Below are positions 21,749 through 32,900 of a DNA stretch of 64,000 nucleotides, one piece after another (position 1 is the first letter of the stretch; every line of letters begins with the position of its first letter). This DNA comes from a virus. The translations under genes and the position numbers were made by a program. Under the pieces are notes generated by a model, which saw only the letters and a program-made list of their open reading frames with translations, did no database searches and had not been told where the DNA came from. The stretch covers positions 111,737 through 175,736 of the IMG/VR virus record IMGVR_UViG_3300010316_000005, one strand, 5' to 3'.

Positions 21749-24700
21749 TTATGCGCTTTGTATGCCTGATGTGCTAGCTGATACACTTGTAATAATTGTG
21801 CCGTCAGCTCTTAAATTTGATGCTGTAATTTCATCAATTACTTCTACGTCCGAAACTTGTGCTGCATTAACAAAAATTTCGTCTACTTCTGATTTTATTT
21901 CAAACAAGCTACCAAAAGCTTTGTTTTCAGTTTTCGGAACAATAACAACAGAAACTAATTGCGGTGTAAGTGTGTTCATAACATATGCTGCTAATTCTTG
22001 GAAATAAAAGGTATCCCCGAAGTCCCAGTATTCTATACTAAAGAACTTGTTTACAGCGTCAATAACTCCGGCTTTAATCTTATTATCATTAACTGATAAT
22101 GATTTATTTTTCACAATTTTAAAAGTCACTTGTAAATCATCTTTTGCCTCTTCGCCGAATAACGGCTTGTATTTAACCGGATGATAAATCACTTCGTCGC
22201 TGATTGACTTAATTCTATTGATGTCTGCACCATAACTTCTAAACAGTTGATCTGTACTCGGAGGAAGTGGCTTCGTAGTAGTTCCGCCTTGTAGATATTT
22301 TCTATACTCAATATCATAATTTTTAGTTAACACATACGTATCAATAATGTTACTCGATGCTGGATCAATTCTGTAGTTAGAGTCGGCAACATGGACGTAA
22401 TGGAACTTTAATCCATCGCGGCCATAATAAGCACGGTAGTTGGTATTTGTAGTAACATTGTTTTTTGAAATGTTACTTTGCTTGAACACGTTTTCTGCAA
22501 CTAGGTAAAATATCTGTCCATCTGGATAAGATGTTCTGTTCTTGTATTCATCGTCTGATCCGTTTTGAACAATTACAATTGTGCCGTCGGTATTACTAAA
22601 ATACTTGAAGTCTTCTGTTCCGTCAGTTGTTAGGTACTTTTGCTGAAATACAATCTTGTCTTCTGAATTTATTTGTGGATCAACTAATGTATCAAACACT
22701 TCTGGATTATCGATAATTCCATCATTGTCGTCATCAAAGAAATCTATTTCAATTTTGCGAGTATCAACATAGCTGTCAGCATCCTTAAATGCATCAGTAA
22801 TTGACCAGTTAAAATCTCTAGTAAGAGAATCCAGTGAATCAGGCTGTGTGTTAATGTTCAATACAGAGATTTTATCTTTTACAATTTGTCCAGTTCTTGG
22901 ATTGTAAATCTTGTCTGCTGAATCAAAGAAGAATCTAATCTCGTCTGCACTTTCAAAAACATAACGCAGGTTCCTATAGGTCATCTCATATGATTCGCCG
23001 TCGGATTTGAAATACAGTAACCAACTTGCGTCAAGGTTTGTTCCAGTTACATCGCCTGCTTTACCAAGACTAAAATTGTTAATAGTGTTGATATCTTCTG
23101 CTTCTACAATAACCCAGGCGCGCTCTTCTTGATCGTAGCGCAGCGCAAAGTCTTTGTAAATAAATGCTCTATCAATAATTTGTACTTTTACGTCATTTGA
23201 AATTGTTCTTGAAAATATCGGAATGATTTGGTCAACAATTGCACCTGCTGGTATTACGTCGTTGACTACAATAGGTCCGAATCCGTCTAGATCAAGCTCT
23301 GTGCCATTTTCATATATCGACACAATTTTACACCATTTGTATTCCGATGCACCTTTTTTACTTTTGTTAGTAGTTAGTGTACCATCTGGCAAAAAGTATT
23401 GCGGATTGCCAGCTAGTGCAGGAGCAACAAAACGAATCAACGCATTCTTTTCTACGAATCGCAAATTGCTTTCTGTAAATGTTGATACTGCATAGTACGA
23501 ATTCGTCGTTGTAGCAAAACGTCCTGTGCTTCTGTTTGTAGCAGTTGACACTGGATCCCAAGTTGCGCCTAATTCGTCAACAAACACATTATTGTAATTC
23601 TTGAAGTAATAGTTTCTCATATTCTTCGACGACAGTGTTGGTTGTATCAGATTAAAGATTACACCTTCAATATCAGTTTGAGTTGCAAACTTAAATTTCT
23701 TCTTGCTATTAAATTCTTCTCTATATAATACACCGTCGTCAGCAAACAAGCTAGTATTTGAATACTTTCCTGTTGGATCTTTCAGATCGTAATACTTACT
23801 AATGCCACTTGAAATTCTGTTAACACTTTTAGTCTTAATGATATCTTGACTAATACCGAGAGGACCAATATTATAATCCTCGCCAGTAATCAATCTATTT
23901 TGAGTATAATAAGTCGAAGGAGCGTTGGCTTTAATTTCGTTATTGGTCTCGCTAGTAGTTGCATTTGACACAGTGTACTTCAAACTCATACCAACGGTTA
24001 ATACTTCTCTACTATTGCTTCTGCTTATATACGGAATTTCAATTGTAATATTAGACATGGAATTAGGGCTAACAACAGAATTTCGATTGTCTGTTGTTCT
24101 ATAATAAATCTTAAAGTTACCCGATGGTAGGTCTCCAAACACGCCATCACTAAATACTAGGTTAATTCTATCATCAGTTCTTGTTGTAACAGCATAAACA
24201 TTTCTTACGCCGCGGAATAAGCTATTGTAAATGATGTTGTTACCTTCAACTGCATCAAGCTTTGTCCATAGTCTGTTTTCTTGTCCATTTGAGTCAACTG
24301 TATAAAGCCACACGTCTGAGTCGTTGATATTCGGAGTATCAATGTTTACAATTTGGTTTGGAATTGGATTGTTGATCGAGAACGTGCCTTCTTCTAATTC
24401 TCCCTGACGGAAGTGCATAAAGAATCCTGTATTTGAACTACCGGCACCTTGGCCATCATCTCTATACAAGAACGACGGAGAATTTCCTAATAGGGGAGGT
24501 TCTTCGACAATTGATCCATTTGAGATAGCTGTACTTACAATTTCAAACTTTGTAGGAACGCCTTCGACGTTTCTTGTAAAGCTGTATTTTGGAACTTTGG
24601 TGTTTGTTGCGTTAAAGCGGTACTGTTCAGTCGAAACGTTTTCAATTCTTTCCGAAGCAAGTGGACGTCCAATGCTGTTGTTAACAGGAAGCGCAGAGTT

Positions 24701-25180
24701 TAGCACTTTGACAAACTGCTCAAAATAGTTGGCATTTGCTCTGTCATTCCAGCGGATAGTTGATCCCGACAAGTTAATTCCTGAACTGTCAAAGACTGAT
24801 TCAGTAGTTGTAACCGTTTCAATTTTCAACAACCCGTTTGCTGACTGGTTTCTTTTTGGATTGTAAGAAATTAGTCTAGCAAGTCGCAATATGCTTTCGC
24901 GGCGTTCAGCAGTTTCGAGGAAGTTTTCTCTCGCATTTAAGTCAACGCGGAAACTTAGGTTTTGGCCCAAGAACGCAATCAAATCAATTAACGCAAGGTA
25001 TTCAGAGCTTTCAATGTAGTCATTGAAATCTTCCGGATAGTTTTGACGTAGATAGTTAATCATTGTTCTACGTAGATTGTCAAAGTCGTAGCTCTGGAAG
25101 TCTGCGTTTCTGAATGATTGGTATATTGTTTTCCAGTCTTGTGTAACTAATAACCTTGACTGTCTGTCAGTTGAAGACAT
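21749..25180 (-). CDS. gp6: Baseplate wedge subunit, T4 gp6-like
   Basis: N-terminal YDFDNLR..MINYLR...FNDYIESS...LIDLIA...ENFLETAERRESILRLARLISYNPKR, plus FSDGVFG and QNRLITGEDY, are gp6 signatures. Confidence 0.85.
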   Translation of the reverse strand: MSSTDRQSRLLVTQDWKTIYQSFRNADFQSYDFDNLRRTMINYLRQNYPEDFNDYIESSEYLALIDLIAFLGQNLSFRVDLNARENFLETAERRESILRLARLISYNPKRNQSANGLLKIETVTTTESVFDSSGINLSGSTIRWNDRANANYFEQFVKVLNSALPVNNSIGRPLASERIENVSTEQYRFNATNTKVPKYSFTRNVEGVPTKFEIVSTAISNGSIVEEPPLLGNSPSFLYRDDGQGAGSSNTGFFMHFRQGELEEGTFSINNPIPNQIVNIDTPNINDSDVWLYTVDSNGQENRLWTKLDAVEGNNIIYNSLFRGVRNVYAVTTRTDDRINLVFSDGVFGDLPSGNFKIYYRTTDNRNSVVSPNSMSNITIEIPYISRSNSREVLTVGMSLKYTVSNATTSETNNEIKANAPSTYYTQNRLITGEDYNIGPLGISQDIIKTKSVNRISSGISKYYDLKDPTGKYSNTSLFADDGVLYREEFNSKKKFKFATQTDIEGVIFNLIQPTLSSKNMRNYYFKNYNNVFVDELGATWDPVSTATNRSTGRFATTTNSYYAVSTFTESNLRFVEKNALIRFVAPALAGNPQYFLPDGTLTTNKSKKGASEYKWCKIVSIYENGTELDLDGFGPIVVNDVIPAGAIVDQIIPIFSRTISNDVKVQIIDRAFIYKDFALRYDQEERAWVIVEAEDINTINNFSLGKAGDVTGTNLDASWLLYFKSDGESYEMTYRNLRYVFESADEIRFFFDSADKIYNPRTGQIVKDKISVLNINTQPDSLDSLTRDFNWSITDAFKDADSYVDTRKIEIDFFDDDNDGIIDNPEVFDTLVDPQINSEDKIVFQQKYLTTDGTEDFKYFSNTDGTIVIVQNGSDDEYKNRTSYPDGQIFYLVAENVFKQSNISKNNVTTNTNYRAYYGRDGLKFHYVHVADSNYRIDPASSNIIDTYVLTKNYDIEYRKYLQGGTTTKPLPPSTDQLFRSYGADINRIKSISDEVIYHPVKYKPLFGEEAKDDLQVTFKIVKNKSLSVNDNKIKAGVIDAVNKFFSIEYWDFGDTFYFQELAAYVMNTLTPQLVSVVIVPKTENKAFGSLFEIKSEVDEIFVNAAQVSDVEVIDEITASNLRADGTIITSVSASTSGIQSA

Positions 25181-25235
25181 GCGATTTCCCTTACTCTATT
25201 ATAAGGTATTTATCATATTTTAATATAAGAGTATT

Positions 25236-25670
25236 TTATTGTATCAGGGATTGATCGAAGCGAAATAACAGCTCTTCTGAGATATTATAAGGCAAATAAC
25301 TTAGGGTGCAACTTACTTCAATGCCGCTGTCATAGGTGTCTACAAAGATAGATTCTACTTTTACTCTTGGATCATAATTTATAATTTCAGTTACGTCAGT
25401 TACTATAGCATCTCTTATGTTATTTGTAAATGGCTCAAATAGCACATCCCAAATAATTGTTCCAAATTGCGGATCGTTTAATTTTTCGCCCTGTCGTATG
25501 TGAAAGTGATTGATGATATCTTGCTTAATAAGTTCGAAATCATACAGCGCAAAGTTTTCTGTGTTTTCACTTACGCTAGAAAAGCCTCTATAGGTTCTGC
25601 CAGGTGCCGCTTTCTTTGGCCCTGATTCTACTTTAACTCTTTTATATAGGTTTTTCTCTAATCTACTCAT
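25236..25670 (-). CDS. gp25: Baseplate wedge subunit, gp25-like
   Basis: LIKQDIINHFHIRQGEK..DPQFGT.IW..LFEP...I..YDPRV is the gp25/GPW motif. The likely start is ATG 25670 (MSRLEK), just below a TAAATA, rather than 25718. Confidence 0.8.
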   Translation of the reverse strand: MSRLEKNLYKRVKVESGPKKAAPGRTYRGFSSVSENTENFALYDFELIKQDIINHFHIRQGEKLNDPQFGTIIWDVLFEPFTNNIRDAIVTDVTEIINYDPRVKVESIFVDTYDSGIEVSCTLSYLPYNISEELLFRFDQSLIQ

Positions 25671-25677
25671 AACGTAT

Positions 25678-27318
25678 TTAGCTCGCAGGCGGACACTTAG
25701 ATATTGTAGTACCGTCACTGAATACTACTTTCATAGGACCAGGAATATCAGGAACAATCTCTACAACAATAATATTATTGATTTTATCAAACTCTTCGTT
25801 TACCCTATAATCACCTTTAGGTATCTTGGATTCTTTTTCTTCAATTTTAGCCTGTAGCTCATTATTGAAAAATACAACAGCCTTGACACAAAAATCATTA
25901 CCATTGAATGGCACTGGAGCAGGTGCTGTAGCAATTGGCTCGCCGCCTGTAAAGCTGTCATTGTTTGATGTAGTCGATGTTTTATCTTCTTCAAACTCAG
26001 CAGGTTCCCTTTCGTCAAAATCTTCAACTACTTCATGTTGGGGTGTTGTTTGATTCCTTGGATCATTAGCATCAGGATTACTCGGTGGCGCTGCCTTGTT
26101 GATTGATTGCGGAAGTGGCTTGCTAGTCAATGTAGTTGCTCCAGAGCCGTCGGGCCTAGTGTTTCCAAATTCCGATATATAACTAACTGGAGTTGGTTGT
26201 TTAACTTCAACTTCTTCGATGCCGCCCGGTGTATTGACTTTCTTGTATTGCTTAGTTACTTGTTGAGGTCCTCCAGGAGTATTGACGGTTTGAGTCTTTT
26301 CATATACGCCATTTGGCAGACCATTTTTAGTACCAGGAGTATTATTGCTCGTAACTTGAGCCTTTTGATCATCTGTAAAGCCGACTGCTCCAATATCATC
26401 ATCGGGCACCATGCCATTGCCGTTTTTAAGACCTAAGTTAGCGCCGGGTGCTGTTCCGTTAAGTAATAAGTCTCTAACTTTCTTGCCTGTTCTAAAATCA
26501 TATCTATCGTCTAATGGATCAATTTCTTCGTACACATACGGAGTATCTGCTTGGGGCAAGATGCCTGCGTAATCTTGTTGTATTTGCTCAGTTGCACTTT
26601 GAAAATTTGTTCCGCCGGCTTGTATTCTCCGCTGGGCTGCGGCAGTGTAAGGAGAACCTAGTCCGTAGTTCTGTCCTCCACCAGCTCTAATTGTTGCTTG
26701 AGATTTAGGAGAAATGCCCTGTACTGGATACGGGCGTGCCGATACACCTAATGTAACTGTGTGTTGGGTTCTTTTTCCATTGCGTCGATATTGTCTTAAC
26801 TGATCTGTATAGATCTCAGGAGAGCCTCTTGCTTTGTTAACCGCACCTTCATAATAACTTTGTCCAGTTTGGCCTTTGTTGCCTGGATAAGGCAACGGAA
26901 TGCCTGCCCATACTTTACAAAGATTAAAATGAAACGTTTGATCAGGTGTCTTGTCAGGTCCTTGGCCGGCTGCTTGCCAAGTTCGCAGTCCTGCTCCTTC
27001 TAATAATTTAAGAGCAAGCAAGTCTTGGGTTACATCATTAAAAATAGTGTTCAGGCTCATGCCTGTTTTTTTAACAGTGCGCTGAAGAGTTTCGTATACA
27101 AATTGATATCTACCGACCGCTTGCCAAGATACGCCCTTTTCTTGAATTCTCTGTTGTTGATATTGATAGATCTGAGCAATAGTAAATTGTATTAACCTTG
27201 GCTCCCATCCTCCGTACACACTCATATACGGGCTTGGTGCGCCGTGGTGTTGTTCAGGTTTAGCAACTAATCTTAAAACTTCGTATTCTTGTTCGTATAT
27301 TGTATATTGAACTGACAT
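25678..27318 (-). CDS. Virion protein with N-terminal lysozyme-like (muramidase) domain
   Basis: AVGRYQF..TL.....FN..TQD.LA..LL...W motif of lambda-type/phage lysozyme-like domains. Long low-complexity C-terminal part. Lies between the gp5-like and gp25-like genes. Confidence 0.6.
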   Translation of the reverse strand: MSVQYTIYEQEYEVLRLVAKPEQHHGAPSPYMSVYGGWEPRLIQFTIAQIYQYQQQRIQEKGVSWQAVGRYQFVYETLQRTVKKTGMSLNTIFNDVTQDLLALKLLEGAGLRTWQAAGQGPDKTPDQTFHFNLCKVWAGIPLPYPGNKGQTGQSYYEGAVNKARGSPEIYTDQLRQYRRNGKRTQHTVTLGVSARPYPVQGISPKSQATIRAGGGQNYGLGSPYTAAAQRRIQAGGTNFQSATEQIQQDYAGILPQADTPYVYEEIDPLDDRYDFRTGKKVRDLLLNGTAPGANLGLKNGNGMVPDDDIGAVGFTDDQKAQVTSNNTPGTKNGLPNGVYEKTQTVNTPGGPQQVTKQYKKVNTPGGIEEVEVKQPTPVSYISEFGNTRPDGSGATTLTSKPLPQSINKAAPPSNPDANDPRNQTTPQHEVVEDFDEREPAEFEEDKTSTTSNNDSFTGGEPIATAPAPVPFNGNDFCVKAVVFFNNELQAKIEEKESKIPKGDYRVNEEFDKINNIIVVEIVPDIPGPMKVVFSDGTTISKCPPAS

Positions 27319-27319
27319 A

Positions 27320-29896
27320 TTAGCCGCCTTCCATGATCTGTCTTAGCCACGTAGGAGTACTTCTATATCTAGCGTTTCTGCCTCCCCAAGTGTAAGCAGC
27401 ACTTACGCCCGGTTGGCCTTTAGCAATATCAAGATGTATGCCTGTGTTGCCCATGTATCCGTTGCCTGCGCCAATTGCAGTAGCGCCTGCGGATCTAGCT
27501 GCTTGAACAAAGGTTTTAATAATGCCTAAGTGATTGCTGTTTGTTGTGTTTAGGCGCTGGCCGTCGTTATAAAGCCATACGTCAGCAGCATAACCATTAT
27601 CGTGCCTACGACTGCCTGTTCTGCGCTTACCAGGAGGTGCTTCTTGACCGCCACTAAAGACAACAACTTCAACTTTAGCTTTGTTAGCAGCAGCATCAAG
27701 TATTTGAAGTAGACCGTCTTGTATTGGTTTGTTGCGAGTTTGGCCGGAATAACCCTTCATATAAGTAACACTCGGAGTAGTCTTACCAGTAGCTGGTCCT
27801 GTTGGAATAGCTTCTTTTCCAAGACGCTCATATGCCCCTACGTTGTATCCTGTTTGACCGCTTGTTCCTGCTACCACAACGCTGCTCTGTAGTGCTGCTT
27901 TATTTTTCAAGAATGTGTCAGGTGTTAAGATTCTATCAGCATTTTTGAGTGCGCCGGGGCGTTCTCTGTCAGTAAATTCTGACTTAAACATAATAGGATC
28001 TAGGTTTTCGTGTTGCGCCCAAGGTTCGTGTTGCGGTGCTCTTGGAACAATCGTGTCATATTCGATAGTAACTTTTTCACCCGGTAGTACATACTGACCA
28101 GTAAGTGGCGTTAGCTTGTATGTCTTGTCAGCTGGATCTGGATTCTGCGGACTATTCTGTGTCAAGAACGCGCTAGCGTCTTTTGCTTGATCTGCGATTG
28201 CAGCGGTTGCAGCACCTTCGTTAAGTCTAATATTCGGACCACCTTGTATTCTAATATCACTACTTGACAATATATCAATTTGTCCTTCGGATGTGATTTT
28301 AGTTGCACCTTTTGTGTTTACATCTAGGTTACCTTCGGTATATTTTAAATTGCCGGAGAATACAAATTCATTGTTGTTTCCTTCAACTCTTAACGAATTA
28401 GTACCGTTGACTCTTACGTTTTTATTTGCCTCAACTGAAGTATTAAAGTCGTTGCCGATTGTAAAGTTGGAATTATTTGATACCTGGGCAAAATAGTCTT
28501 CACATTGGTCTACCATAGTATGCTTGGCTTTTCTGTACCAGTTAATTCCAGCAGTTTCGTGTACACTATCTTCAGCTCTTTGATAAATGCTGCCTTTAGC
28601 ATACAAATGCATATCGCCGGCAGTTTGTAAAATTAAGTCAGCGTCGATATCAAGTTTAACTGCGCCTTCTGTTATTTCAAAATGCGTGCTGTTCACTCCT
28701 GAACTTATTCTTGAACTCGACAACGCTTCGATTACTACTTGACCATTTCTGATTTCATCATCAACCTCATTGTTATAATAATTCTTTTGATGATCAGGCC
28801 AGCGGCCATCTGCTCGCATATTAATGTTTCTGCCTGCTTCCATATTAATGTCGCGTTCAGCAGTTACGTTAAAGTCAGCGTTAGTCATTAAACTAATGCT
28901 GTCCTCGGCGTGAATATCAATCTTGCCATCCGACGATAATTCAATCCAAGCAGTTCCTCGACTGTTAGCAATATAGATTAAATCTTCTGAATTATGTAAA
29001 ACAATCTGATGTCCTGTTCTAGTTCTAAAGCGCATTACTTCATTTTGCGGGATAGTTTCGTCGCCACCTTGATCGCCAATTTCTTTGTTAACATATAGCG
29101 GCGGGCCATCTGCCGGGTGAGTTGCTCTGACAAATTTGTCATCGCCGTCATCCATTACAAAGCTACTTCCGCCTAATCTGTTAAATGGTACATCAGCTTG
29201 TTCGTCGGCATGGCCGTACTTTGTCGTAGGGCGGCCCTTACGTTTATCCATCGGACCTGGCGTTGATATACCAAATACCATACTTGGTACTTCACGTCTT
29301 GCACTCGAGGTTGTTGTTCCTCGAGCCTCATCAAAAATTAAACCTTGTACTTCTAAGATTTCTGTAAAGTCTTTGTTATACGGCTTTGGATAAAGTGTAG
29401 GATCAACTGCTTGACCTTGTTCAATAGTTTTGTTATATTCACCAACAGGCACCTTTAATCCTTTTAGATTTTGTGGCGTTGATTCCGTTGTATTAGCAGT
29501 ACTTGCTCTAGGATCAGGCATAGTAAAGTTCATACCTGTTTCAGGTATGCACCCGATCCAATATCCATAGGCGCTGTGTCCTTCAGCAAAAATAACAAGT
29601 ACCCTTGCTCCCGGATCCGGAGGAATCATCCACATACCGTAACTTTTTTGTGTGCTTTGGAAATCGTCATTTGGTGTTAGCCCCTTAAACGGTGTTACTC
29701 CGTAAAATGGCGACAAATATCTCACTGTTAGCAGTTGGCCTGATCTCTCTGGAACACCACTAGTGCCGTTTACTCTTAGTAATTCAACTTCTAACGTTCC
29801 CATACCAAACGGATCAAGATGACTCACTACTATAGCTTCATAAGGACCAGTGTCCTTGATTTGTCCGTCTTTAACTGGAAATCTTACGTATTGCAT
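27320..29896 (-). CDS. gp5: Baseplate hub/spike protein, gp5/VgrG-like, with C-terminal M15-type Zn peptidase domain
   Basis: OB-fold-like start (DP..MG.L.V...SYGMWMIPPDPGARVLV.F..G...YWIGC), RTRTGHQI motif and beta-helix repeats. C-terminal SRRHDNGYAAD...IHLD is the H-x6-D/H pattern of M15-like peptidoglycan peptidases. Confidence 0.75.
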   Translation of the reverse strand: MQYVRFPVKDGQIKDTGPYEAIVVSHLDPFGMGTLEVELLRVNGTSGVPERSGQLLTVRYLSPFYGVTPFKGLTPNDDFQSTQKSYGMWMIPPDPGARVLVIFAEGHSAYGYWIGCIPETGMNFTMPDPRASTANTTESTPQNLKGLKVPVGEYNKTIEQGQAVDPTLYPKPYNKDFTEILEVQGLIFDEARGTTTSSARREVPSMVFGISTPGPMDKRKGRPTTKYGHADEQADVPFNRLGGSSFVMDDGDDKFVRATHPADGPPLYVNKEIGDQGGDETIPQNEVMRFRTRTGHQIVLHNSEDLIYIANSRGTAWIELSSDGKIDIHAEDSISLMTNADFNVTAERDINMEAGRNINMRADGRWPDHQKNYYNNEVDDEIRNGQVVIEALSSSRISSGVNSTHFEITEGAVKLDIDADLILQTAGDMHLYAKGSIYQRAEDSVHETAGINWYRKAKHTMVDQCEDYFAQVSNNSNFTIGNDFNTSVEANKNVRVNGTNSLRVEGNNNEFVFSGNLKYTEGNLDVNTKGATKITSEGQIDILSSSDIRIQGGPNIRLNEGAATAAIADQAKDASAFLTQNSPQNPDPADKTYKLTPLTGQYVLPGEKVTIEYDTIVPRAPQHEPWAQHENLDPIMFKSEFTDRERPGALKNADRILTPDTFLKNKAALQSSVVVAGTSGQTGYNVGAYERLGKEAIPTGPATGKTTPSVTYMKGYSGQTRNKPIQDGLLQILDAAANKAKVEVVVFSGGQEAPPGKRRTGSRRHDNGYAADVWLYNDGQRLNTTNSNHLGIIKTFVQAARSAGATAIGAGNGYMGNTGIHLDIAKGQPGVSAAYTWGGRNARYRSTPTWLRQIMEGG

Positions 29897-29924
29897 TATA
29901 CACCTTTACTTTTAATTATTTGAT

Positions 29925-32900
29925 TTAGAACGGTCCAGTGCTGCTTCCTGGCCGCCTTACTGGTGGGCGATTTCCTGTTACTATACTACCGTCAGTAAGT
30001 ATAACAGACTGTACTCCATTATTTTCAAAGCTACCAGTCTGCAGAAGTTGTCCTTGAGCTAAGCCTGGATCAACTTGCGCGTTGCCAAAACCTACTCCGG
30101 AATTATTTGAAAAAGCATTATCTACATCTGATTGAGTAACTACCATATTAGGATTGATAGTGTTTGTATCAGATGCCAAGCCCCGGCCTTTTGCTGAAAT
30201 TCCTGAGTTTCCAGTAGTACCTGTTCTGTCATCAAAATTCTTTCTAATTAGCTTTAATTCTTGCGTAAATTTACCACCACTAAATTTGTTTGTTGCTGCC
30301 CAGATATGATATATTCCATGGAACGGTCTTGATAGTTCTGGAAAATCCATTACAAAACCGTTAACAGGATAATCTAGCGGAGTTTTGAAATTAATATTAC
30401 ACCAGATTTCTTCTCTTACACTAGGCATACCTAATTCGCTGTTTATCAGTTTTGAACGCTGTGGTGCAGCATAGTTTCCAAGGTCAGTTGGAAGGTAATA
30501 AGGATCTCCCCAAATTTCCATATTAGCAGTAATCATATCAACTGGCGAATTAACAATAGCGTTATGCACATATTCTGTAATTTCCATCTTTGCACTCGTT
30601 GTTAGATCTCGTCGCTTTCCGCCTAATGTAAAGAACTCGTGCCTAGGAGTAAATCCTAGAAATTTAGCACCTTCTAAATCGTTAGTAGCAGACGCTCCTG
30701 ATTGCTTTGAAGGATTCTTTTCGGCAGAAGGACTGTCAGTAGTTTTTGCTGTTTGGCCGGATAAATCTGTACGGCTATTTCCAATGTCGCCCTTTACTGC
30801 TTGAAAGTAAGCGAAATTAAAATTGATGTCAAAGTTAAGAACATCTTCGTTTTTTCCGGTATAATAGTAGTTGTACTCCTTTGCCGCTTGTTCCTTAAAC
30901 AATGCTGCACTATTTCCTACTTCTCCTGTTCCTGCTATCTTAGCTTCGTCATAATAATACGGATGAACTGCATAAACGTAAACTCTTGGATGTCTGCCAA
31001 ATTCTCTTTCAGCAGCATTATTTTTTTCTGTAAACACAGATGTTTCAATTCTAAAGTACAGTTTGCGGCCGTCACCATTATCCTCGTCGGGTGCGTCTCT
31101 AATTACCTTGGCGTTTTTAACTGTTTCTGTAATAAGGTCAGTAATTGCAGTATCGGCGTGAAATTTTACACTTCTTGCTTGAGTAGTATTTGCTGGTTCT
31201 TGACTTCTATCGTAGAGTTGCTTTTCTATTGACCAAACTGCTAGCGGTCTATTAGCGTTAGCATCAGTGCCGTCTGCAATATCAGAAACAAATTCACTTT
31301 CGCCAATTTCATTAACGTTATCAAACGCCCATGATCTTAAAAATTTATACATTCCGTTAATTGGTGCGCCTGGGCCCCCAAAAGCATCAAGCTGTTGTGC
31401 TTCGGAGACTTGTATGCCCCGGTTCACCCCAAGAGCCACGCCGCCTGCTATATTTTCTGTTAATTCTGTTGTAGATCCCGATATTCTATTTTTAACTGCT
31501 TGATGTAAACTATCGTGATTAGGAGGGAAGCAGATTAAAAATCTGTCAAACTCACTAGCAACGATTTCATTCTTTTCTGCTTGTTCCATTAATGCGTTTA
31601 AGCTATTAGTTACTGAATTATCAGCCGTTAGCAATAGTTCATGCGGGCTTTTGCCTGAAGTTTCAAGTGTAGTCAGAGTCTTGTTAACTCGGTCCTCGGT
31701 TGCTAAGTCACTTGTAACCACTGCTTCTACATCGTAAGTACATCCTGCTCCAGTAACTTGGAATTGCATATTAGTAATAGCCATAGGTATATATCTAGGA
31801 ACAGCAAAGTCATTTCTAATTTCGGCGCCGTATTCGTCCCATCCAATAAATCCAATTCTCAAACAATAATAAGCTTTGAGGTGATTTTGATATCCTGCTT
31901 GGGCTGCTCCCGCGACCATCGTTTCTAAGAACTTTCCCATACTATAAGGTTCAGTTACCTTAAAGCTTATAGTTGTACCAAGTGCTAAACCTGTGTTTGG
32001 ATTAGGGGCTAGAACGCTATCAATTTCTAAATCGTCAATAAAATATTCCAAGTACTCTGGCGGAGATTCTTCTGAAATAGTTACTTTATTTTCGTATTCG
32101 CCGCCGCCGCTTTTTAACAAGTTGTACTTAAATGTGCCTCTTCCTCTGTACAAGGAAGGGTCGTTCATTTCAGCATGATCAAGTACACCCATAGTTACAA
32201 TATAGTTGTAGGTGTTATAATCTCGTAAAACATTTTTAAGTTTTGTTGATCCATTAAACCCTGTTGTTGCCACGGCCGCAGGTACTGCTGATGCGTTTGA
32301 CGCACTGTTTAGATTTGACTGAAATGCAGCCGAGGTATTGTCAATATAGTTAAACAATCCGCCTACTGAATTGCCTACTAGATTGTTTAAGTTTCCAGGA
32401 GTAATATTCAAATTTTGGGAGAAGTCATTGACTGTATTAAAAATACTACTAATGGGTCCTAGCAAGCTGTTTAATCCACTTTGCACTAAATTATTAAGAG
32501 TATTATTCAGCGCACTTGTTAGTTGCTGAGGATTTGACAATAGATTAGACACCGAATCAACTGTGCTTACTACATTGTTAACCTTGCTTGTAATACCTGT
32601 AATATTTTGATTCACTGAACTTTGAATGTTGTTAAACCCACTAGTTAGATTTCCGGCTGCTTTTTGGAATACCGGAATATTTGTGTTTAGTAAGCTTTGG
32701 TTAATATTACCTACTGCACCATTTAGTGTAGATGAAACTGCACTAGTGACTCCAGTAATATTGTTTATTGCACTTTGCGCTTGATTAGAAAAGCTATTTA
32801 ATTGTCCGCCAATTTTAGGCAATCCTGCTGATAACGAACTACCAATAGAATCTGACAAATTACCTGTGTTAACAGTAATACTTGCTACTTCGCCGAGTAT

